From the NCBI GenBank assembly GCA_945872615.1, contig CAMBZZ010000007.1, forward strand, positions 3,496 to 67,495: a stretch of DNA of 64,000 bases, in the 5' to 3' direction. This DNA is from an uncultured Clostridia bacterium (GTDB taxonomy: Bacteria; Bacillota; Clostridia; Christensenellales; UBA3700). The position numbers and the translations under genes were made by a program. Shown here piece after piece: positions 49,937 through 60,349 of this stretch (the first letter of the stretch is position 1; every line of letters starts with the position of its first letter). Under the pieces are notes generated by a model. That model worked only from the letters and a program-made list of their open reading frames with translations, was not told the origin of the DNA and ran no database searches.

Positions 49937-50773
49937 ATGCCGATAATACAACTACAAAACGTATCCTATACTTACAATGCGGGCTCTCGTGACAAGGTAG
50001 AAGCCGTCAAAGACGTGACGCTTCAGATCGAAGAGGGTAGCTTTGTTGCGCTCGTCGGACACAACGGCAGCGGAAAGAGCACGCTTGCAAAACTCCTCAA
50101 CGGTTTGCTTTTGCCTACCTCGGGTAGCGTAAGCGTCTACGGAATAGATACCAAACGGAGCGAAAGTATATATGAGATTAGAAAAAACGTGGGCATGGTA
50201 TTCCAAAATCCCGACAATCAAATGATAGCTTCTATAGTAGAGGACGATATAGCCTTCGGACCCGAAAATCTTGGTGTAGAAAGAGAAGAAATTATAAGAC
50301 GAGTAGATTGGGCTTTAGAGAAAGTCGGCATGTCGGAGCACAAAAAGGGCACGCCGTTCAAGATGAGCGGAGGACAAAAGCAAAGACTTGCCATCGCGGG
50401 AGTACTTGCCATCAAACCTAGGGTACTGGTACTGGACGAGTCTACGGCTATGCTCGATCCGAGAGGGCGCAGAGAAGTCATGCAAGTGGCTAAGGAACTC
50501 AATAGGCAAGAGGGCATCACCGTCATCAACATCACTCACTATATGGACGAGGCGTTGGGCGCGGATAGACTAATCGTTATGAACGAAGGAAAAATCGTAT
50601 TGGACGACACTCCGTCCAAAGTATTTGCTCAGCACGAATATCTGAAGTCAATCAAATTGTCGGTACCACCCGTTACAGCACTTGCCGTCAGACTTGCCGA
50701 ACAAGGAGTGCCTATAGATACGGCGGTTACAACTAAAGAAGAATTGGTGGAGGAATTATGTCGATTGTTGTAA
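49937..50773 (+). CDS. ecfA1: ECF transporter ATPase component A1
   Basis: Walker A GHNGSGKST, SGGQKQRLAIAGVLA. Position before ecfA2-ecfT-truA. GGAG lies before the ATG at 49937. Confidence 0.9.
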   Translation: MPIIQLQNVSYTYNAGSRDKVEAVKDVTLQIEEGSFVALVGHNGSGKSTLAKLLNGLLLPTSGSVSVYGIDTKRSESIYEIRKNVGMVFQNPDNQMIASIVEDDIAFGPENLGVEREEIIRRVDWALEKVGMSEHKKGTPFKMSGGQKQRLAIAGVLAIKPRVLVLDESTAMLDPRGRREVMQVAKELNRQEGITVINITHYMDEALGADRLIVMNEGKIVLDDTPSKVFAQHEYLKSIKLSVPPVTALAVRLAEQGVPIDTAVTTKEELVEELCRLL

Positions 50774-51675
50774 AAAATCTTTCCTTTACCTACGGCACGG
50801 GGACTGCGTATCAAAAGAAAGCTCTCGACGATATTAACCTCGTTATCAACGAGGGTGACTTCGTTGGTATCGTGGGACATACCGGCAGCGGAAAGTCCAC
50901 TTTTATACAACACCTCAACGGACTTATCAAACCGCAAGAAGGCGAGGTGCAAGTCTTCGATATACTATTGACCAACGCTAAGAAGCCAAAACCCGACCTT
51001 AGAAGACTTAGGGGCTCGGTGGGTATGGTATTCCAATATCCCGAATATCAACTCTTTGAAGAGAGCGTATATAAGGACGTGGCTTTCGGACCAAAAAATC
51101 TCGGACTAAACGACGAGGAGATAAAGGAAAGGGTAAAAGAAGCTATAGAATTGGTGGGGCTCGATTACGAAAAGGTCAAAGACAGAGCGCCTTTTGAATT
51201 GTCGGGCGGTCAAAAGCGTAGGGTTGCCATTGCGGGCATCATCGCTATGCGACCAAAGGTGTTGATACTCGACGAGCCGTCGGCAGGGCTTGACCCATAC
51301 GGCAAAGAGCAAATACTAAGCCTTATCACGCGTCTAAAAAAGGACGTTTGTCCGACCATCGTCGTCATATCTCACGACATTGACGAAATTACTCGCTTTG
51401 CAAGTAGAATAGTCGTCTTCAACGAGTCGAAAATCGCTTACGATATACCGATGGAGGAGCTGTTTGAAAAAGAAGAAGAGTTGACGGCAATGGGATTGGA
51501 TATTCCTACGGCAGTTAAAATCAAGAACGATTTAGCCAAGAAAGGTATCGGTTTGCAAGGACAAATCGTCAACGAAAACGACCTTGAAAAAGCGATTATA
51601 AACGCGTATAACTCGAAACGTGTCGACAAAAATGCGATTGACGACAATCCTGGAGACGGAGGTGAAGAGGTATGA
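50758..51675 (+). CDS. ecfA2: ECF transporter ATPase component A2
   Basis: Walker A GHTGSGKST, SGGQKRRVAIAGIIA. Overlaps the end of ecfA1. Confidence 0.9.
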   Translation: MSIVVKNLSFTYGTGTAYQKKALDDINLVINEGDFVGIVGHTGSGKSTFIQHLNGLIKPQEGEVQVFDILLTNAKKPKPDLRRLRGSVGMVFQYPEYQLFEESVYKDVAFGPKNLGLNDEEIKERVKEAIELVGLDYEKVKDRAPFELSGGQKRRVAIAGIIAMRPKVLILDEPSAGLDPYGKEQILSLITRLKKDVCPTIVVISHDIDEITRFASRIVVFNESKIAYDIPMEELFEKEEELTAMGLDIPTAVKIKNDLAKKGIGLQGQIVNENDLEKAIINAYNSKRVDKNAIDDNPGDGGEEV

Positions 51676-52541
51676 AAGACGTCACCTTCGGTCAATATTA
51701 TCCTGCAGAATCGGTAATACACAGACTTGACGCAAGAGCCAAAATTATATTCAGCTTGCTGTATATGATTGGCATATTTTTCGTCGCTTCCTACACGATG
51801 TATCTTGCGGTATTTATCTTTTTGGTAAGCGTGGTCGCCTTGGCAAAGATACCGCTCAAACTTTTGTTCAAATCGGTCAAAGCCATATTGTTTATACTCT
51901 TTTTTACCGCAATCATTAACGTGTTGTTCTACAAGCAAGGCAACGTGTTGGTCGAATGGTGGATAATAAGGATTACCGATGAAGGAATCAACTTTGCGAT
52001 CAAGATGATGCTGAGATTGTCGTTGCTCGTCATGGGCACATCACTTCTAACCTTTACCACCACGCCGACCGCACTTACAGATGCTATAGAGAGCTTGCTC
52101 AAGCCTCTCACTTATATCAAAGTGCCTGTGCACGACCTTGCGATAATTATGAGTATCGCTTTGAGGTTTATCCCCGGACTTATCGAAGAAACCGATAAGA
52201 TTATGATGGCGCAAAAGGCGAGAGGCGCCAACCTCGACACAGGTAACTTCGTTCAAAAAATCAAGGCTATGCTACCCGTGCTTATTCCACTTTTCGTCAG
52301 CGCGTTCCGTAGAGCAGACGAGCTTGCCGACGCTCTCGACAGCAGATGTTACAACGCTTCGCCCAATCGCACAAAGATGAAAGTACTCAAGTACGAGTGG
52401 AGAGATTTAGTTGCGTTGATAATAGTGGTCGCGCTCTTCGTTGCAATTTTGCTGGACAAATATCTCATAGGCGGAGAAGGAATTTTTGTAGGTATAGATA
52501 GACTTATCGCTCAACTGATAAGCGGTATGGTGGGCAGATGA
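51672..52541 (+). CDS. ecfT: ECF transporter transmembrane component T
   Basis: Starts ..YYPAESVIHRLDARAKIIF. Has the ARGA coupling-helix motif (..MAQKARGANL..). Confidence 0.9.
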   Translation: MKDVTFGQYYPAESVIHRLDARAKIIFSLLYMIGIFFVASYTMYLAVFIFLVSVVALAKIPLKLLFKSVKAILFILFFTAIINVLFYKQGNVLVEWWIIRITDEGINFAIKMMLRLSLLVMGTSLLTFTTTPTALTDAIESLLKPLTYIKVPVHDLAIIMSIALRFIPGLIEETDKIMMAQKARGANLDTGNFVQKIKAMLPVLIPLFVSAFRRADELADALDSRCYNASPNRTKMKVLKYEWRDLVALIIVVALFVAILLDKYLIGGEGIFVGIDRLIAQLISGMVGR

Positions 52542-53284
52542 GATACGCTATTACTATTTGTTACGACGGCGAAGCATATTACGGTTTTCAAAGGCAAGAG
52601 GGATTGCCTACAATCCAACAAAAGTTGGAAGAGGCTATATCTACCAAGCTCAACAAGCCTACCGAGATAGTTGCTAGCGGAAGAACGGATGCGGGGGTAC
52701 ACGCACTAGGGCAAGTAGCGCACTTTGATAGCGACGTAGAACTCGACTGCGACAACTTCGGTTATAGCGTCAACACACTTTTGCCTCACGATATTGCGAT
52801 AGTAGGTTGTCGTAAGGTAAGAGACGACTTTCACGCCCGTTTTGACGCCGTGGCTAAGACATATCGCTATCGCATAGTTTTGTCCAAAATCCATCGTCCC
52901 ATTGAGAGAAGGTATTTTCATATCTGTTTCTATGACCTAGACGTTGGCAAGATGCGCGAGGGTTGCAAGTACTTGATAGGCGAGCACGACTTTAGAAGTT
53001 TTATGCTCACCGACAATACCAAAGAAAATACCGTGAGGACGATATACGACTTGCATATCGAGTACGACGAGGATAAAGGCATAGTCGACGTCGTGGTTAA
53101 AGGCAACGGATTTTTGCATAATATGGTGCGCAATATCGCAGGTACTTTGGTAGACGTGGGTAGAGGAAGATTTACGCCCGAGCAAGTCAAAGACATTTTG
53201 CAAGCCAAAAATAGAAGCGCCGCGGGGAAGACTTTGGAAGGCAAAGCCTTGTATCTTGAGAGCGTAGAATACGATAATTTTTAA
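52538..53284 (+). CDS. truA: tRNA pseudouridine(38-40) synthase
   Basis: ..YDGEAYYGFQRQ.. and the catalytic GRTDAGVHALGQV motif. Confidence 0.93.
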   Translation: MRYAITICYDGEAYYGFQRQEGLPTIQQKLEEAISTKLNKPTEIVASGRTDAGVHALGQVAHFDSDVELDCDNFGYSVNTLLPHDIAIVGCRKVRDDFHARFDAVAKTYRYRIVLSKIHRPIERRYFHICFYDLDVGKMREGCKYLIGEHDFRSFMLTDNTKENTVRTIYDLHIEYDEDKGIVDVVVKGNGFLHNMVRNIAGTLVDVGRGRFTPEQVKDILQAKNRSAAGKTLEGKALYLESVEYDNF

Positions 53285-53433
53285 TAAATATCATATAATA
53301 TCGCAAAAATCGCTTAAAATTGATTGACATTTTGTAAAATATTTAATAAAATCAATGAGCATTTGTATGTGTGTCAAAGAACTAGCCCCTTGGAGATGCA
53401 CGCCAAGTATAAAATATTGATGGAGGAAAGACC

Positions 53434-53862
53434 ATGAAGACATATATGGCAAAAGCTGAAGAAGTAAAGAGAAATTGGTATGTCGTAGATGCTACGGATA
53501 TGGTATTGGGTAGATTGGCAAGCAACGTTGCCAGCGTACTTAGAGGCAAAAATAAGCCTACTTATACCCCTAACGTAGATTGCGGCGACCACGTTATCGT
53601 CATCAACTGCGACAAGGTAGTTTTGACGGGTAAAAAATTGGAGCAAAAATACCACACCTATCACACCGGATACGTTGGCGGTTTGAAGCAAATTCAATAC
53701 AAAAAGATGATGGAAGAAAAAGCCGACCAAGCAGTTATGCTTGCAGTCAAGGGCATGCTTCCAAAGAACGCTCTCGGCAGACAGATGATCAAGAAGCTTA
53801 GAGTATACAAGGGTGCAGAGCACAATCATCAAGCTCAACAACCTATAGAATTGAAATTCTGA
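53434..53862 (+). CDS. rplM: 50S ribosomal protein L13
   Basis: [30 protein letters not shown].. Confidence 0.97.
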   Translation: MKTYMAKAEEVKRNWYVVDATDMVLGRLASNVASVLRGKNKPTYTPNVDCGDHVIVINCDKVVLTGKKLEQKYHTYHTGYVGGLKQIQYKKMMEEKADQAVMLAVKGMLPKNALGRQMIKKLRVYKGAEHNHQAQQPIELKF

Positions 53863-53877
53863 TAAGGAGATAAGACT

Positions 53878-54294
53878 ATGGCTACTAAGAAGACTAAGAA
53901 AAAGGTACAATTCTGGGGAACTGGCAGAAGAAAGAAAGCTATCGCCAGAGTAAGACTTATCCCTGAAGGAAACGGAAGTATCAGCATCAACAAGAGAAGT
54001 CTTGACGACTACTTCGGAGGTCTCGATACTCTCAAATACATCGTCAATCAACCACTTGCTCTCGTAGGAGCTAGCGACAAGTACGACGTTGTTGTCAACG
54101 TGTACGGCGGTGGAGCAACCGGTCAAGCAGGTGCTATCAGACACGGTATTTCCAGAGCTTTGGTTCTTGCAGACGAGGACACTAAGTCGGCTCTCAAAGC
54201 AGCAGGCTTCTTGACTCGTGACCCAAGAGCAAAAGAAAGAAAGAAATACGGTCTCAAAAAGGCAAGAAAAGCACCACAATTCAGCAAGAGATAA
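53878..54294 (+). CDS. rpsI: 30S ribosomal protein S9
   Basis: ..[14 protein letters not shown].. and the C-terminal ..[18 protein letters not shown]. Confidence 0.97.
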   Translation: MATKKTKKKVQFWGTGRRKKAIARVRLIPEGNGSISINKRSLDDYFGGLDTLKYIVNQPLALVGASDKYDVVVNVYGGGATGQAGAIRHGISRALVLADEDTKSALKAAGFLTRDPRAKERKKYGLKKARKAPQFSKR

Positions 54295-54313
54295 TCGTAT
54301 CGAATTTTGCCTG

Positions 54314-54344
54314 TCCCTCTCCCAAGTGGAGAGGGATTTTTTTT
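54314..54344 (+). terminator. Rho-independent terminator
   Basis: TCCCTCTCC-caagt-GGAGAGGGA followed by T8. Confidence 0.88.
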
Positions 54345-54479
54345 GACGAATTAGCATATTTTTATAGTCTAATATAGCCTAATTATCGATATGATATGTA
54401 ATATAGCGATAGTATATTTTATATACAATTTACATTACTGTATTTGACTATCGCTGGCAATAATATCTATAATATTGGT

Positions 54480-56237
54480 ATGGAAAATAAAGTAAAAAAG
54501 AAAAAATTCGGAGTAATGAGTTTTTACAAACAGTACGCGCTGTTGATATTTTTCTCCGTTACGTTTTTGGCTGGGCAAGCGATATGCGAATTGCAGCTGC
54601 CCGAATACATGTCCAACATCGTGTCGCAAGGCATCGCCGTCAGCGATATGGACAAAGTTTTGTATTGGGGACTTTGGATGATTGGTCTTACGTTGTTGGC
54701 TTCGATTTTTTCGGTCGTGGTCAGCTATTTGTCTTCCAAAATTTCGGCAGGTATAGCAAGAGACTTGCGCAAGGCTTGTTTTGATAAAGTAATGGCTTTT
54801 GCGGGGGAAGAGTACAACAAGTTCGACCTTGCATCGTTGATTACGAGAAGCACCAACGACGTTACGCAACTGCAAAACTTTACCAACGTTCTACTTAGAA
54901 TGATTATGATGACGCCTATCATGGGTATGGGAGGCATTATCAAAGCCGTCAAACTCGGCGCGGGAATGGGTAACCTCGCGTGGGTAATCGTTATTGCCGT
55001 ACTCATCATATTCGTTGCCATTGCTTTGCTTCTCATGATAGCGCAGCCTAAGTTTATGAAGATGCAAAAGGCAATTGACGACGTCAACCAAGTTGCTAAC
55101 GACGAGCTTACGGGTATGATGGTCATCAGAGCATTCAACACTCAGTCCAATGAGCAAGAAAGATTCGACGTTGCCAATAGATTTTTGACGGGACTTAGTT
55201 TGTTTGCTAACCGCACAATGGTGTCGTTGATGCCGTTGATGACATTTGTCATGAACTCCGTCACAATAGCCATAGTTTGGATAGCGGCATATTCGGCGCA
55301 AGACATCACGCAAGTAGGCAATATGATGGCTTTTATCCAGTACGCAATGCACATAATTATGTCGTTTATGCTGGTTTCTATGGTTTTTGTGCTCATACCT
55401 AGAGCGACGGTATCTGCCAAGAGAATCAACGAGATTTTGCATACTTCCGTCAGCATCGTCAACAAGGAAAGTAAACAAAATCCCCAAGGTTTGCATTTGG
55501 TGGGCGACGTAGAATTTAGAGACGTGGCTTACAGCTACGGCGGAGATAACGCAGTAGAACATATCAGTTTCGTTGCCGAGCACGGCAAGACGACGGCTAT
55601 CATAGGTAGTACGGGTAGCGGTAAATCAACCATTATCAATATGATACCTAGACTTATCGACGCCACCGAAGGCGAGATACTTATCGATTCCGTCAACGTC
55701 AAAGACTACAACCTCAAAGACTTGAGAGCCAACGTAGGTTTCGTCCCTCAAAAGAATTATCTATTTAGCGGAACTATCGCTTCCAACGTGGGCTACGGCT
55801 CCACCGACGATACGGATACTCTCAACAAGTCTATAGATATTGCACAAGCAAGACACTTCGTCGACAACAAAGAAAACGGCTTGGAGTCTGAGATTGCACA
55901 AGGCGGAGGCAACGTGTCGGGCGGTCAAAAGCAGAGATTGTCAATCGCCCGAGCGCTTAGTAAAAACGCACCTATTTACGTATTTGACGACAGCTTTTCC
56001 GCGCTTGACTTCAAGACGGATAAGGCTTTGAGAGCAGCGCTTGCCCAAGAACTATCGGGAGCTACTATCATTATAGTTGCCCAAAGAGTCGGCACAATCA
56101 AGAATGCCGACCAAATAATCGTGCTCGACGACGGTCATATAGTGGGCAAAGGAAAACATGAAGATTTGCTCAAAACGTGCGATGTGTATCGAGAAATTGC
56201 TAAATCGCAACTTTCGGAGGAGGAACTTGGAATATGA
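54480..56237 (+). CDS. ABC exporter, fused TMD-NBD subunit (heterodimer partner 1)
   Basis: Six TM helices followed by an NBD (GSTGSGKST, VSGGQKQRLSIARAL, IYVFDDSFSALD). The start is uncertain (54444, 54480 or 54516). Confidence 0.88.
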   Translation: MENKVKKKKFGVMSFYKQYALLIFFSVTFLAGQAICELQLPEYMSNIVSQGIAVSDMDKVLYWGLWMIGLTLLASIFSVVVSYLSSKISAGIARDLRKACFDKVMAFAGEEYNKFDLASLITRSTNDVTQLQNFTNVLLRMIMMTPIMGMGGIIKAVKLGAGMGNLAWVIVIAVLIIFVAIALLLMIAQPKFMKMQKAIDDVNQVANDELTGMMVIRAFNTQSNEQERFDVANRFLTGLSLFANRTMVSLMPLMTFVMNSVTIAIVWIAAYSAQDITQVGNMMAFIQYAMHIIMSFMLVSMVFVLIPRATVSAKRINEILHTSVSIVNKESKQNPQGLHLVGDVEFRDVAYSYGGDNAVEHISFVAEHGKTTAIIGSTGSGKSTIINMIPRLIDATEGEILIDSVNVKDYNLKDLRANVGFVPQKNYLFSGTIASNVGYGSTDDTDTLNKSIDIAQARHFVDNKENGLESEIAQGGGNVSGGQKQRLSIARALSKNAPIYVFDDSFSALDFKTDKALRAALAQELSGATIIIVAQRVGTIKNADQIIVLDDGHIVGKGKHEDLLKTCDVYREIAKSQLSEEELGI

Positions 56238-58426
56238 AAGATAGAAGACCACCTCTAAGACGCGGACACGGCGGACCGGGCGGTCCTCCCGTAATGATGG
56301 CTGCCAAAGCCAAGGACTTTGGCAAGACTTTGCGTAAACTTGTCAAGTATATGCGCAACGACTTGCTCATTATTATCATTGCCTTTGTCTTGGCAATCGG
56401 CGGAGTAGTTGCGACTTTGCTCGTGCCAGATATTTTGGGTGACGCCACCGATAAGTTGATGACGGGCGCAATGCAAAAGACAGTCTACAAGCAAATAACC
56501 GCTACGCAGTTGCCGCCTTTGGACGACGATACCAAACAAGTATTTCTCCAACTTGGCGAAGAACAAGGCACGGTAGGTATATTCTTGTTGGACGAGAGCT
56601 CCAGAACGGCAGAACAAAACCGCATAATCAACGACAATTTTAGTGCGGGAGTTTTGGCAATTATCAAAACTCAAGTGCAAAATATGCCCGACAATATCAA
56701 GAGCGTAAACCTCGGCAATTTAGTCAAAGCATACGACGCCAAGACGATAGGAGAATACGTAGGCTATCTCAATATGTCTCAGATGCTAGACAAGATACCT
56801 TCAAGTTATCGTCAAGCGGTAGCCGAAACCTCAATGACTACGCCGCCCGAGATTGACGTGGAGGGTATAGTAGCCATACTAGTCAAGATATTGATATTGG
56901 TCGGTATATCGGGGATTTTGTCCTACGTACAAGGATTTTTGCTTGCAGGCATAGCGCAAAGAGTATCTTATCGCTTTAGACGCCAAATCAACCAAAAGTT
57001 TGATAAATTACCGCTCAAATATTATGACAAAATATCGAGGGGCGAAGTGATGAGTTTGATTACCAACGACGTGGACGTCATCTCCACCACGCTCAACCAA
57101 AGTCTATCGCAACTCGTCACATCGATAACGACGATAATAGGCGTGCTCGTGATGATGCTGACGATAAGCTGGCAACTCACGCTAATTGCGCTTGCCATTA
57201 TTCCGCTCACCCTCATCAGCGTATCGTTTATTATCAAAAAGTCGCAGAAGTACTTCAAAGACCAACAAGATTATCTCGGCAACGTCAACGGATATATTGA
57301 GGAGAACTTTGCGGGACACAACGTAGTCAAACTCTTCAACAACGAAGAGGCTTGCGTAGAGCAGTTTGGCAAATACAACGAACAGCTTTATCAATCGGCT
57401 AAGTTCGCCAATTTCTATTCGGGATTGATGCAACCTATCTCGGTTTTGATGGGCAATCTCGGCTACGTGAGCGTGTGTCTCGTCGGCGGTACACTCGCAG
57501 TGGGCGGTCGCATATCTATCGGTGACGTGCAAGCATTTTTGCAGTACGTAAGGCAGTTTAATAACCCAATCAATCAAATGGCGAGCATCACCAACACTTT
57601 GCAGTCCACTATGGCGGCGGCAGAGAGAGTATTCGAGTTTATCGAAGAAGAGGAAGAGACCGAGAGAAAGGGAGTTTGCGACAATTTCGTGAGCAGCGGC
57701 GAAGTGGAGTTTTCGCACGTGTCTTTCGGTTACAACCAAGATAAGATTATCATCAAAGATTTTACCTCTAAGGTGGAGAAGGGGCAAACCGTTGCTATCG
57801 TCGGACCTACGGGAGCGGGCAAAACCACTATCGTCAAACTGTTGATGAGGTTTTACGAAATCAACGGCGGCTCGATTAAGTTGGACGGCGTAGACATTAG
57901 AGATATAAGTCGCAACAGTCTGAGAGACAACGTGGGTATGGTGTTGCAAGATACGTGGCTATTCGGCGGTACTATTATGGAAAATATCCGTTACGGACGA
58001 CTTGACGCCACAGACGAAGAAGTGATTAACGCAGCTAAAATCGCTTACGCCGATCACTTTATCAACACATTGCCGGGAGGCTACGACTTCGTCATCAACG
58101 TGGACGCCGACAATATCTCGCAAGGTCAAAAGCAGTTGCTTACCATTGCCAGAGCAATACTCGCCGACCCTAAGATACTAATTTTGGACGAGGCAACCAG
58201 TTCCGTAGATACTCGTACCGAGCAACTTATCCAAAAGGCAATGTCAAGGCTTATGCAAGGCAGAACCTCATTCGTCATTGCGCACCGCTTGTCTACAATC
58301 AAAAACGCCGACAATATCTTGGTGCTCAAAGAAGGCGATATTATCGAGCAAGGCACTCACGAGCAGTTGCTTGCACAAGACGGCTTCTATGCGGAGTTGT
58401 ACAATTCACAGTTCGATAGTAATTAG
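56234..58426 (+). CDS. ABC exporter, fused TMD-NBD subunit (heterodimer partner 2) with a long first extracytoplasmic loop
   Basis: ATGA overlap with the upstream subunit. NBD motifs GPTGAGKTT, ISQGQKQLLTIARAIL, LILDEATSSVD. Confidence 0.88.
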   Translation: MKDRRPPLRRGHGGPGGPPVMMAAKAKDFGKTLRKLVKYMRNDLLIIIIAFVLAIGGVVATLLVPDILGDATDKLMTGAMQKTVYKQITATQLPPLDDDTKQVFLQLGEEQGTVGIFLLDESSRTAEQNRIINDNFSAGVLAIIKTQVQNMPDNIKSVNLGNLVKAYDAKTIGEYVGYLNMSQMLDKIPSSYRQAVAETSMTTPPEIDVEGIVAILVKILILVGISGILSYVQGFLLAGIAQRVSYRFRRQINQKFDKLPLKYYDKISRGEVMSLITNDVDVISTTLNQSLSQLVTSITTIIGVLVMMLTISWQLTLIALAIIPLTLISVSFIIKKSQKYFKDQQDYLGNVNGYIEENFAGHNVVKLFNNEEACVEQFGKYNEQLYQSAKFANFYSGLMQPISVLMGNLGYVSVCLVGGTLAVGGRISIGDVQAFLQYVRQFNNPINQMASITNTLQSTMAAAERVFEFIEEEEETERKGVCDNFVSSGEVEFSHVSFGYNQDKIIIKDFTSKVEKGQTVAIVGPTGAGKTTIVKLLMRFYEINGGSIKLDGVDIRDISRNSLRDNVGMVLQDTWLFGGTIMENIRYGRLDATDEEVINAAKIAYADHFINTLPGGYDFVINVDADNISQGQKQLLTIARAILADPKILILDEATSSVDTRTEQLIQKAMSRLMQGRTSFVIAHRLSTIKNADNILVLKEGDIIEQGTHEQLLAQDGFYAELYNSQFDSN

Positions 58427-58690
58427 TTTGACGGCGGATATGCTTCGTTATGCTTTGTCAAGCGGCAGTTTTTCTCACTCACGTACGCTTATAGTACGCT
58501 CGTTTCGATAAAATCACCGCTTTTCGCGCCTAACTCGCGTCTCCACCGTCAAAAGCCGTCCCTGTGCAAGGGAAGGGGGACCACGAAGTGGTGGAAGGGA
58601 TGTTTCAAAAGATTCTCACATTTTCGGCTTTGCAAATGAGATCTCATTTATGTGGAAGCCTATCACTAATAACTTTGTCTAACAAGACCT
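58427..58690. repeat. REP-like repeat block between the ABC exporter stop codon and its terminator
   Basis: Contains 58553..58583 AAGCCGTCCCTGTGCAAGGGAAGGGGGACCA, the reverse complement of 11900..11930. Flanking hairpin ACCAC-gaa-GTGGT. Confidence 0.7.
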
Positions 58691-58699
58691 ATCAATTAA

Positions 58700-58731
58700 A
58701 ATAAGGACTGCAATTAGCAGTCCTTATTTTA
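58700..58731 (+). terminator. Rho-independent terminator
   Basis: AAGGACTGC-aatta-GCAGTCCTT followed by ATTTTAT. Confidence 0.8.
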
Positions 58732-58805
58732 TCCTCAATTATTTTGGTTGGAAAATCTTACTTATATGATATAATATATAATATAATAATTATATCAATC
58801 TATAT

Positions 58806-58881
58806 GCACCCGTAGTCTAATTGGATAGAACAATGCCCTCCGACGGCATCGGTGTGAGTTCGATTCTCGCCGGGTGCGCCA
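58806..58881 (+). tRNA. tRNA-Arg (anticodon CCG)
   Basis: 76-nt cloverleaf folded by hand. Acceptor stem GCACCCG/CGGGTGC. Anticodon stem ATGCC/GGCAT with loop CTCCGAC. T arm GTGAG-TTCGATT-CTCGC. Encoded CCA. One C:A mismatch in the D stem. Confidence 0.85.
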
Positions 58882-58914
58882 AAATTTGCTAAACAATACA
58901 ATCTGTTTTATATA

Positions 58915-60096
58915 TCATTTGGCTTGTAAAACGATAAAACCCGATTGCCAATTTTCAATCCAAGACGACGTATCAACTGTATTTGGCAATATAATATAAT
59001 ACTCAGATGACCATATTGTTGAGAAATATGGTTTGCCGTCTTCTGCATCGGTAGAATTTACAATTTGTTTTATTGTACTTGGTAATTCTATAATATGTCT
59101 TCCAAAAGGCGTATATATATAACTGATTGAATCTATAACTATATTTCCGACAAAGGTTTCCATTCCTTCTTCTAAAATTATATAGTTTGCGTCTGTCCAA
59201 AGAAGACCTACGTTGACGCACTCTTTTGGAATAACCAATTTTTCCACGCCCAAAATACTTAATAACGAGTTTTCCTCCGTCATATTCAAGTTTTTACTCA
59301 ATTTCAATAATTCCAGTTTATTACCGTCTATAGAAATCCCATTTTTCACAACTTCTACGCTATCGGGCATATAATACATTTTAGTTTCCTTTAGACTAGG
59401 GTATGCCACCAAAGTTTTCATATCCTTGCTATACAAAATACCGTCTAAAGTTGCAAAATTAGGATTTTCTTTAGAAATCACGTATTCTTTACAGTCTATT
59501 CTAATGGAAGATATAGCAATCAAATCTTTTGGCAATTTATAATCAACTATGTTTTCGTTGGTTATCCCTAATTCAACAATTTGTAGACTGTCCGGTAAAA
59601 TGCAATTGCCATTTACCGTTCCCGATGCTTTTTCTACCAATCTGCCATCATATATAGACGGTACAACAATATCGATTGTCTTATTTAATTCACAAAACAT
59701 CTTAGCAACAAAAACGCCCTCTTTTTCTTCATAAGTTATTCCATTGCAGCCTTTTGTAATAAAGCGATAGTTTTCCGAGTCGTTAGACTGCTTTTTATCT
59801 CTCAAAAGTGATATGGATATGTTGTTGATATCTTCCTCAAAAATATCCACAGATATATTTGTATCTTTAGTTTTTTTGACGATTTTACCATTGTTTTTGA
59901 CAACAAAAGCATCACCGTCTTCAAAACCCTCGGGAACTTGCCATACGATTGCTTTTTGCACGTGGTCGTAAGTTATTCCACAAGGAACGGGTAGTTCGTC
60001 ACTAACTTTCGTCGTGCAAGCCACAAAAATTGTCATTGATAATATGAGTAAAACACATACTACGCCGACCGATACTATGACTCTATAATTTTTCAT
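58915..60096 (-). CDS. Surface lipoprotein with BspA-type leucine-rich repeats
   Basis: AAGGAG RBS 7 nt before the ATG at 60096 (MKNYRVIV..). Lipobox ..IFVAC. Repeated ..IVIPxxV..I.. LRR-like segments. AT-rich. Confidence 0.65.
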   Translation of the reverse strand: MKNYRVIVSVGVVCVLLILSMTIFVACTTKVSDELPVPCGITYDHVQKAIVWQVPEGFEDGDAFVVKNNGKIVKKTKDTNISVDIFEEDINNISISLLRDKKQSNDSENYRFITKGCNGITYEEKEGVFVAKMFCELNKTIDIVVPSIYDGRLVEKASGTVNGNCILPDSLQIVELGITNENIVDYKLPKDLIAISSIRIDCKEYVISKENPNFATLDGILYSKDMKTLVAYPSLKETKMYYMPDSVEVVKNGISIDGNKLELLKLSKNLNMTEENSLLSILGVEKLVIPKECVNVGLLWTDANYIILEEGMETFVGNIVIDSISYIYTPFGRHIIELPSTIKQIVNSTDAEDGKPYFSTIWSSEYYIILPNTVDTSSWIENWQSGFIVLQAK

Positions 60097-60349
60097 ATTC
60101 ATACTCCTTATAGTTGGTAAAAGAAAATATATGGTTATCAATATAATATCATATAACCATTATATAGTCAATATCCGTAAGATTTAGAGGCGGTTTGTGC
60201 TTTATATCCACTGTTTTTTTTCTCAAAAAAATTTTAGAAAAAAATTAAAAAATTTTGTTAAAAACGCTTTACAACTTTAATTGGATAAAGTATAATAGTG
60301 CCATAAAGATAAACTTTAACTTGTTAAAGTGCTAAAGGAGAAAACAAAA

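Noticed and set aside
53345-53433. Possible ribosomal-protein L13 leader (autoregulatory 5' UTR) upstream of rplM. It follows a TTGACA-type promoter and includes the hairpin CTTGG-agatgcacg-CCAAG.
   Set aside because: I cannot match it to the known leader consensus from memory. Only a small hairpin is evident, and a covariance-model search would be needed.
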